A DNA stretch of 64,000 bases, from the NCBI RefSeq assembly GCF_009914755.1, contig NC_060926.1; one strand, 5' to 3'. The stretch is from the human T2T-CHM13v2.0 reference genome, Homo sapiens. Under the pieces are notes generated by a model. The model did no database searches, had not been told where the DNA came from, and saw only the letters and a list, made by a program, of their open reading frames with translations. Position numbers and translations under genes: made by a program. Position 1 is the stretch's first letter, and each line of letters begins with the position of its first letter. Shown here piece by piece: positions 51,096 to 64,000 of this stretch.

Positions 51096-51577
51096 GTTGT
51101 CTACTCAGCATCCATTCCCCTCTTCCTAACAATACCCAAATTTTCGTTTGTACGTTTACCCCTTCTGCATACAGGAAACCATTGAGATGGCTTAGCCAAT
51201 CAGCATTTTTTATTTTATCCTCCATAAGTCGTTGGTTTGGAGGTGGACACATCTTTAACTGGGCCGATCGGAGTGGCTCTCAGCACTCTCTCTTAGAATA
51301 GTGGGACAGAGGGCTCCTCGAGAAGGATGTGAGCCACTAGACATGAACCAGAAAGCATAAGGCTTGGATTACATCTGGCAACAGCCATCTTCAGATGCAG
51401 CCAACAGGGTGGGCAACAGAGCAGAGAGACTCAAAGGTCCTGGGTCATGGGAGATGTCTTAAAACCGCAAGATCAGTCTGCCCTGAAACATTGAATGTCT
51501 TACAGTCAAAGGCTTTATAGTTAAACCAGTTTAACTGAGATCTGGCATTCTTGCAGCCCAAAGCTTCCCAGCTGACA
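51096..51577 (+). mobile_element. ERVL-class LTR (LTR33/LTR16-like)
   Basis: ctactcagcatccattcccc...cagccatcttcag...cttgcagcccaaagcttcccagctgaca. Confidence 0.5.
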
Positions 51578-51646
51578 AGCTGGCAACACAGGGCAGATTG
51601 TACCATCTCAAGCCAAGTGAGGGGCTTTAAAAGAATCCACTGGAGG

Positions 51647-51945
<299 letters not shown>

Positions 51946-52049
51946 AAAATTAAAAAATAAGGAATCCCTTGGAGAGATAGACACGAAGGACTCGGGACTG
52001 AAGCCACACCCAAAGAATCTATAGCCTGGAGGCCATGGCTGGAACTCAC

Positions 52050-52215
52050 CCTGCTTGGCAAATACAGGAAGAGACATGACGGTGGTGGAAAGGGCCTGCA
52101 CTTCCAGAGCCTGGTGGGACAAGGATGGATGTGCATCTCCCAGAGGCCAGAGATGGGCTCGCTGAAAGGAGCTGGGCCAGGTCTCCTTGAGAGAGACTCT
52201 GCCCAGGAGAACTTG
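52050..52215 (-). other. Candidate 166-nt exon
   Basis: Acceptor cctgctttctggttcattcccctgctttacttgcag|C and donor AGG|GTGAGT. Confidence 0.4.
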
Positions 52216-52669
52216 CTGCAAGTAAAGCAGGGGAATGAACCAGAAAGCAGGGACCTTGCATTGGTGATCAATTGGGCAGCAGGAGGTGTCATCCAGTTCC
52301 CTGGAGTTCCCACTTAAAATTACAACAGAGCAGGTCAACCAAAGCCCTTCCTGCCCCTCACCTCTCTTCCCCTGCCCACTCTAGTCCTGCAGAGACCAAA
52401 AGAACAGGTGGCGAAGGAGACCAGAGGTTGAGAGTCAGAAAAGCGATCAGACCACTCCCCACAGTTCCTGGACTAAGACAGGCCCCAGCTGAAGCAGGGT
52501 AGAGGGCGTTAGTAGGATAAAATATTGAATATTAGAAGAGATAAGACTTTTTTTAATTATTAAAAGGAGTCTGTTCTTATAACTAAAAGGTCCTGGAAAA
52601 ACTGTGGGCCATCCCAGATTTTAACCAGGTCTAGTGAGCACTGTTGTGCCCACATCCCGGGCATTCAAC

Positions 52670-53285
52670 CTACGCAGGAAGGCCTTGTATTGCCAATACC
52701 CGAGCCTCTGCCCAACAGCTTTTATCTGGCCAGGGAGGGTGCTCAACGCTTGAGCAAGGCAAACAGGAAGTGCTGGAGCGGTCAAGTGCCTGGAAGTAGT
52801 CTTCAACCAAGGAGGGACAGGAAGTCATTGGGTAAGTACCACAGCTTCCTGCCCCTCAGTCGGGATAATGCTGTGACCTCTGGTCTGAAAACTCACTCTT
52901 TAATGGCCCATTCCCTTTCCTATCTTACTTCCTCACTATTTATACCCAGTTCACGTCTCAGGGTCTGTTTCCAGGGACACCCAAACCAAGACAGCAGAAA
53001 TAGACAAGATGATGTCAAACAGCAGGTTTGAGTGGGCAGGAGGGCAGGGGACACGGGAGCGGGGGTGGGATGTTTCCTGTCACTTGTCTATCCAATAAAC
53101 CAATCACTCAATTATTTTACTCATAATCAAGTTTCCTGCCTAAAACCTGGGGACAAGAGGCAGTGGGAGTTTTTCATTCTCTTCTGCATGTTCACCACAT
53201 CTTGAAACTGAAGCTAAATACAGTTAGATACTCATCACATGGCTCTTCTGACTTCTTCCTGCCTCTTGAACTTTCCGTTTCCTCC
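52670..53285. promoter_or_regulatory. Candidate ETS-rich enhancer or promoter
   Basis: About ten GGAA cores (aacaggaagtg, acaggaagtc, acttcctc), tgatgtca, gcgggggtggg and two ccaat in unique DNA. Confidence 0.35.
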
Positions 53286-53469
53286 CATGGTGCCTTTAAG
53301 AGTGGGGCAAAGTGCATACAGGGCTCGAGCTCACATGAAGTGAGCTTATAGAGCTGGGGTACTTTGGCTGATCTACGTCAGGGTAGCTAGTTTCCAATAG
53401 CCCAAGGGCCTTACTTTGTTTTTTCCTTTTTTAAAAATTAAAGTGTAATCTACCTACAGTAAAATTCAG

Positions 53470-55052
<1,583 letters not shown>

Positions 55053-55269
55053 TAGACTTTGTATCCAGCAACTTTTGCAGCCGAGTCTTAACTCACAGAA
55101 TAAAGGGTGGGACGTTCCTGCTTCGGTTCATGCCTAAGAAAGCTCAGTGACAGGCAGATTCTGAAAGTGATGTTCCAGACTAGAAAACATGGAGTGTCTG
55201 TGTTTTCAAGGATCTGTGGGCTTTCCCCCAAAGCTTTCTATTGCCTCTCTCCACTCCTCAGTCACTTAC

Positions 55270-55337
55270 CAGGCTCCCAGTGCATCATGGGCAAATGGAA
55301 ATCTGGGAAATGGAACTTTAAGTTAGAGCCAGACTAG
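55270..55337 (-). other. Candidate 68-nt exon
   Basis: Acceptor ctccttctcctcgtgcctgcccttctcccag|C and donor CTG|GTAAGT. Confidence 0.45.
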
Positions 55338-55554
55338 CTGGGAGAAGGGCAGGCACGAGGAGAAGGAGCGGTGGCTCAGCTTCTGTGAGTCCATGGAGGC
55401 CAGAAGTCCATCCTCCAGTTCCCTATCTACCCCCCTATATTTTCTCATGCTTTATTCTCATTCCTCATTACAAAAGGGATGTGAGGTGATGCACAAAACT
55501 ACCTAATTTGGAAAGATAAAATTAATATAGAAGAAGCCTGAAAAACACAAACCC

Positions 55555-55787
<233 letters not shown>

Positions 55788-56161
55788 TCAGGCTTGGGTG
55801 AGCAAAACTATGGAAGGAAAACACATCAGAGTCTAGGGGTTTGGAGAAGCCAGGGTCAAAGGCAGTGCCAGGGCCAGAAGCAGACCCAGATGTTAGAGCA
55901 GACCCAAGGGTGTGCCTCATGCCTTAGAGGGTTGAAATTTATTCTGACCACCGTGATCTCTCCTCTAGATGACTGCATTCACTCCTCTCTGTTCACCCGG
56001 CTTCTAGCTCTGCTTCCTCCGCACAATCTACTGTCCAACTAGCAGCCAGAGAGATCTTTTAGAAACACAAATTGGCCCCAGAATGGGAGAAAATATCTGC
56101 AAGCCACGTGTGATTAAGGGTCTAGCCTAGGCTGGGTGCAGTGGGTCATACCTGTAATCCC

Positions 56162-56649
56162 TGTCACGCGCGTTCGTGTAAAGAGACCACCAAACAGGCT
56201 TTGTGTGAGCAATAAAGCTTTTTAATCACCTGGGTCCAGGGCGGCTGAGTCCAAAAAGAGTAAGCAAAGGGAGATAAGGGTGGGACAGTTTTATAGGATT
56301 TGGGTGGGTAGTGGAAAATTACAGTCAAATGGGGTTTTTCTCTTGCGGGCAGGGGCGGGGGTCACAAGATGCTCAGTGGGGGAGCTTCTAAGGAATTTCA
56401 CAAGGTTTATTGATCAGTTAAGGTGGGGCAGGAACAAATCACAATGGTGCAATGTCATCAGTTAAGGCAGGAACCAGCCATTTTCACTTCTTTTGTGATT
56501 CTTCAGTTGCTTCAGGCCATCTGGATGTGTACATGCAGGTCACTGGGGATATGATGGCTTAGCTTAGGCTCAGAGGCCTGACATTCCTGTCTTCTTATAT
56601 TAATAAGAAAAAAAAAACAAGATAGTATTGAAGTGTCGGGGCAGTGACA
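56162..56649 (-). mobile_element. HERV-H LTR7 (LTR7B-like, 56162-56583) plus 66 bp containing the polypurine tract
   Basis: Minus strand TGTCAGGCCTCTGAGCCTAAGCTAAGCCATCAT...CCTATAAAA...CCTGTTTGGTGGTCTCTTTACACGAACGCGCGTGACA; PPT aagaagacaggaa; 5-bp TSD atccc. Confidence 0.92.
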
Positions 56650-56688
56650 ATCCCAGCACTTTCGGAGGCCAAGGTGAGTGGATCACTT

Positions 56689-57457
<769 letters not shown>

Positions 57458-58387
57458 TCAAAGAAAAAAAAAGAGGGAGGGGGGTCTAGCATCCAGAATA
57501 TTTAAAGAACTACTACAACTCAATAAAAGAAACAAGTAACCCAGTTTTAAAATGGACAAAGGACTTGAATAGACATTTCTCCAAAGAAGACATACAAACG
57601 GCCAACGAGCACACGAGAAGATGTTCAACATCATTAGTCATTAGGGAAATGCAAATCAAAACCACACCCACTAGCATAACTATAATCAAAGACAGACAAT
57701 AACGCGTATTGGTGTGGTTGTGGAGAAATTGAAACCTTCGTATTTTGATGGTAGGAGCTTAAACTGGTGCAGCTACTTTGGAAAACAGTTTGGCGGTTCT
57801 TCAAAAGGTTCACGGAGTTACCATGTGGCCCCCAAAATTCTACCCAAGATAATTGGAATACTATGAAGCAATTAAAATGAAAGACTTGGCTGGGCACGGT
57901 GGCTCACACCTATAATCCCAGCACTTTGGGAGGCCAAGGCGAGTGGATCACGAGGTCAGGAGTTCAAGACCAGCCTGGCCAAGATGGTGAAACCCCGTCT
58001 CTACCAAAAATACAAAAAGAAAAAAAAAATAGCTGGGCGCGATGGCGGGTGCCTGTAATCCCAGCTGCTTAGGAGGCTGAGTCAGGAGAATCGCTGGGAC
58101 CCAGGAGGCAGGGGCTTCAGTGAGCGAAGATTGCACCACTGCACTCTAGCCTGGTCGACAGAGCAAGACTCCGTCTCAAAAAAACAATGAAAGACTCCTA
58201 CTATGTGTGACAACTTGGATAAAATCTCATTCATCTACTATTGAGTGGAAGAAGCTAGGAGAAATAAGTAGAAATTGTATGATTCCATTATATGAAAGTC
58301 AAAAATAGATAAAGCTAATTTTTTGACCTATGTCAAGAGTATAGAAAGGAACCAGAAATCCTTGGCCTTGGAGATGGCAAGAATTAG

Positions 58388-58770
<383 letters not shown>

Positions 58771-59112
58771 TAAGGAGGCTTCTAACTAGCCAGAGATTAT
58801 AAATACTGACCCCTGGCTTGTCTGGCCAACAATAGAATAGGCAGCTCCCACGAGGCCCCTGTGGTTGGAGTTGGAGGTGGGGAGAGGTCTCCCAAAGAAG
58901 GCCTCTCCAATGGGATGTGCTGTTTCCAAAAGATGGATGGGTGCTAGGCAGACAAGCTCATAGATATCCACACCATTCAGATCCAGCTTTCTTGGAATTC
59001 ACTCAACTGATGCCTTCTTCCTTCCCAGACCAACAGTTCATGCCCCAGTCCTCTCCTAGGTTGGTCCACTCACACAAAATCTTACAAGCAGCTGGAGAAA
59101 CACCATCAGGAA

Positions 59113-59432
<320 letters not shown>

Positions 59433-60249
59433 TCAAGATATGTTAAGTCAAAAAGCAAGTTGCAAAACTGTATCTATGGTAACATGATAATAAGGATGAT
59501 GATAATAATAATACTATCTATGTTAGCAGATGCAGAAAAAAAAATCCAAGCAATAGACACCAAATTACTAACGTTAATAGGTGCTGGAAAAGGGGATCGA
59601 GTGGGGAGATTTATGAGAGACTTTCATATTTCTTTAGGATTGAAAGCATAAAATAATGGTCTAATTTTTAAGAAAGGAATTTGAAAGTTGGGGACAGTGT
59701 GACAGATGTTGTTTGATTGCCTTCCAGACAGATGTCTTGTGTCCACAAGGTTGTTTAAGAATTCAGACTTATCTCCTTGTTCACTGACCCATAACACAGC
59801 AGAATAAATGTTTGACATGGGAAAATTCTCGGGGACAAAAGAGCTTATTCAAGCAGAACTAACAGCCATGCACTATCTCATAATCAGCAGAGAGACGGAC
59901 ATGGTGCCTGTGCTGGGGGTGGGGACAGGCAGAGGAGAGGCTACAGAGGGCTTACAGGGAACAGTAGTAGCTCTTGTGGCTCAGGCTTTGCTGAAATTGA
60001 TGCAGCGGTGGCCTGAATGGTGGAGATTCTAGGCGCGAGGCCACAAGGAGGAAAGTCAGGAAGACGGAGATGCCTATGTGATTGAGTGCTTCAAAGCAGG
60101 AGCAGACACAATTAATACAGAAAATGAAGAGGGCAAGATGCACGAATCTTGAAGCAGGTGATAGGGGAATCACATGCTCTTGAAATGAAGGCCTGTTTTA
60201 AGGAGATCTGCATAAAACATGCATCCTGAGTTTTTCTTTCTTTGCTTTT

Positions 60250-61455
<1,206 letters not shown>

Positions 61456-61812
61456 GTCATCCTGGGCTTTTTTGGCATGGGGCAGGTTATTTCTCAATAA
61501 GATGGCAGTAGTAATAATCCCTGACTTGCAAGCTGCCTTCTACTTTTCCAAGGATGTTCCCATCAAATCCTTCCCTCATTTGATTTTCACAACCTGCGAG
61601 GAAGGCAAGGCAACTGGCATCCATATGGACATGGAAACCGAGGGCCAGGCTCCTGGTGTCAGGCTCCCCCACCCCTCAGGATGTGGCATTCCCTTCCAGG
61701 CCCCATCTGAGCACATAGGTGGCCGCATGCCCATTTCGGTCTATCTCAGCTTCAACTCTGGCTGGCCTTCTACCATGTATTTTATTGTTATTGCAGCAAA
61801 TATTTTTTGTAT

Positions 61813-62280
61813 TGTTAGATATGAGTTATAAATTTCTTTTCAAAGGATTAACATGTCAATATGTTCAATTATTTGCCTTCTACTTTTAAACTTCCTCATA
61901 AAGCAAGCTTTTTCAATTACCTACTCCACCCTAACTCATTCTGATCACCTGCTCCACCCTAACTCATTCCTATTACCTGCTACCTGCTCTGCCCTGACTC
62001 CTGCCAAAGCACTCACTCCATCATTCTCTTTAAATTAGCCAATCGGAATTAGTTTAGCCTGTGCGGTCTAACCCTAGCCAATAGGGGAATGACACAGCAG
62101 CAGGGGCCATGTGCATCAGAGATAAGAACCCCTTCCCCTCCCTTGTCCAGGTGTGCGCTCACCATTGCTCCATCTGTAAGGGCGCACCCTTCTATAGAAG
62201 TAACTTGCCTCGCTGAGAATTAAAAAGATTTTATATTCGAGTGCTATTTCTTTTACGGCACCGAAACTTTATATATAACA
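61813..62280 (+). mobile_element. LTR10-family (LTR10F-like, HERV-IP) solo LTR
   Basis: TGTTAGATATGAGTTATAAATTTC...TATAACA; 28-bp internal repeat, CCAAT boxes; 4-bp TSD gtat. Confidence 0.88.
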
Positions 62281-62473
62281 GTATCATAGACTCTTTGTGG
62301 AGGGAGGTGAGAAAGAGCTATTTCCAGGTCCTTATACGTATAAATAGGCATGTCCACTAGCCCCCCTTTCTTCAAGGCAGCTAGATGGGAGGGGCACTGG
62401 TTTCCCAGAATCAGCTTTAATTCCATTAAAGTAGATCAGAAAAATGGCTTATGCATTTCCTCAGGAATGTTGA

Positions 62474-62853
<380 letters not shown>

Positions 62854-63533
62854 CAATTTCTCTTTTACAGATTGTTGGTGTACATAAAAATCACCCTAGG
62901 TGCTTATTGAAAATGCTAATGTGTTCATAAAGGAGGGTGAAGTGGTTGCCTCCTCCATATCTGAGGTCTAACAGGTGACTCCGCTCCTCAAAGGTGACCC
63001 TTCCCAGAACCATCTGCTCCACGGAGGCCACTGGTCAGTTGGCTGCTGGTCACACCGGGACCAAAGTCTTGGGGTATATGCAGTGGCCTTCCCCAGAGCC
63101 TCCCCAAAGGCAAGGGGGTGGGAAATGTTTCAAACCTGGGATAGAAAGAACCTCCCTTCCTTCCCCAGGCGAGCACTCCAACTTGGGTGTAGCCAACATT
63201 ATTGAAATCTTGGGAAGACAGACAGGTCCCAGCCCACCCCCAGTGGCAAAATAGATGTTCCTTTTCTTACTGAGCCTCTCGGCCATTCTGCCAGCCTCCC
63301 ACACAGTTGCTCTACCCCTTGGTGGGCAACACAAGCCCTGCCCCCAACCGCCTAAACATCCTCCCCACTTTAGTGTGACGAGCAGACACCTACAAAAACC
63401 ACCCGCCTTTCCTTCCCACACCAGCCCGAACCTAGGAGGCCTTTCTGCGTATTCAAAGCTGGGAGAAGGTGCTCTTCCTGCTCTCCCCACCTGTGAGGCA
63501 GGAGATGGAGCTGGGGACCTGACTGCCTGTCAC

Positions 63534-63874
63534 TGTTACCAGGTTCTTGGCATTTTGAACAATGAATTGGACAAAACCCACAAAAAATGCAAGGAAAGAA
63601 TGAAACAACAAAAGCAGAGATTTATTAAAAATGAAAGCACACTCCACAGGGTGGGAGCGGCCTGAGCCAGCGGCCTTAAGGCCCAGTTACAGAATTTTCT
63701 GGGGTTTAAATACCCTCTAGAGGTTTCCATTGGTTACTGTGTAAATGAAGAGGATGAAGTAAAGTTACAAAGTCATTTACTCGATGTACACTCTTTGTGA
63801 ATGAAGAAGATATTTGCTGTCATCACTGAAGTGTTTCCAGGTTCCCTGCCTCCAGGCCCTATTCTCCTGCCTCA
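63534..63874 (-). mobile_element. MER51-family solo LTR (internally deleted)
   Basis: Same family as 60366; TSD tcac/tcgc. Confidence 0.85.
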
Positions 63875-63966
63875 TCGCCACCTCCTACTCACGGCTCTGT
63901 TTTTTCAGGTAGGATGTTGAGGTGGAGGATCGGCAAAGACAAGGGGCTCTTTGATATGAATGAAGC

Positions 63967-64000
63967 TGTCAAAGGCGTTTGAACCACAGCAACTCCATCT
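63967..64000 (+). mobile_element. Start of a MER41 LTR, cut by the window edge
   Basis: tgtcaaaggcgtttgaaccacagcaactccatct. Confidence 0.8.

Overview
Primate genomic DNA, almost certainly human, because it carries an AluYb-lineage element with the diagnostic GCAGTCC duplication. I recognise no known protein-coding exon, tRNA, rRNA or snRNA gene. Most of the window is nested interspersed repeats: roughly 55-60 Alu pieces; two full-length but dead L1PA6/7-type LINEs; an internally deleted L1PA15/16-like element; several old L1M, L2 and MIR fragments; MaLR, ERVL and ERV1 LTRs (MER34, THE1, MST, MLT1, LTR7/HERV-H, MER41, MER51, LTR10); and DNA-transposon relics. Nearly every ORF in the track is an Alu, L1 or microsatellite artefact. 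The most interesting signals are: (1) three well-formed minus-strand exons downstream of a minus-oriented HERV-H LTR7, which would splice into an open 85-codon frame (hypothesis only); (2) that LTR7 is a collapsed provirus, not a normal solo LTR; (3) both young L1s keep open ORF0-like antisense frames; (4) several readable repair or nesting scars; (5) a strong CTCF motif and two ETS/KLF motif clusters in unique DNA. Subfamily calls are from recalled consensus sequences, not a RepeatMasker run, and old-repeat boundaries are approximate.
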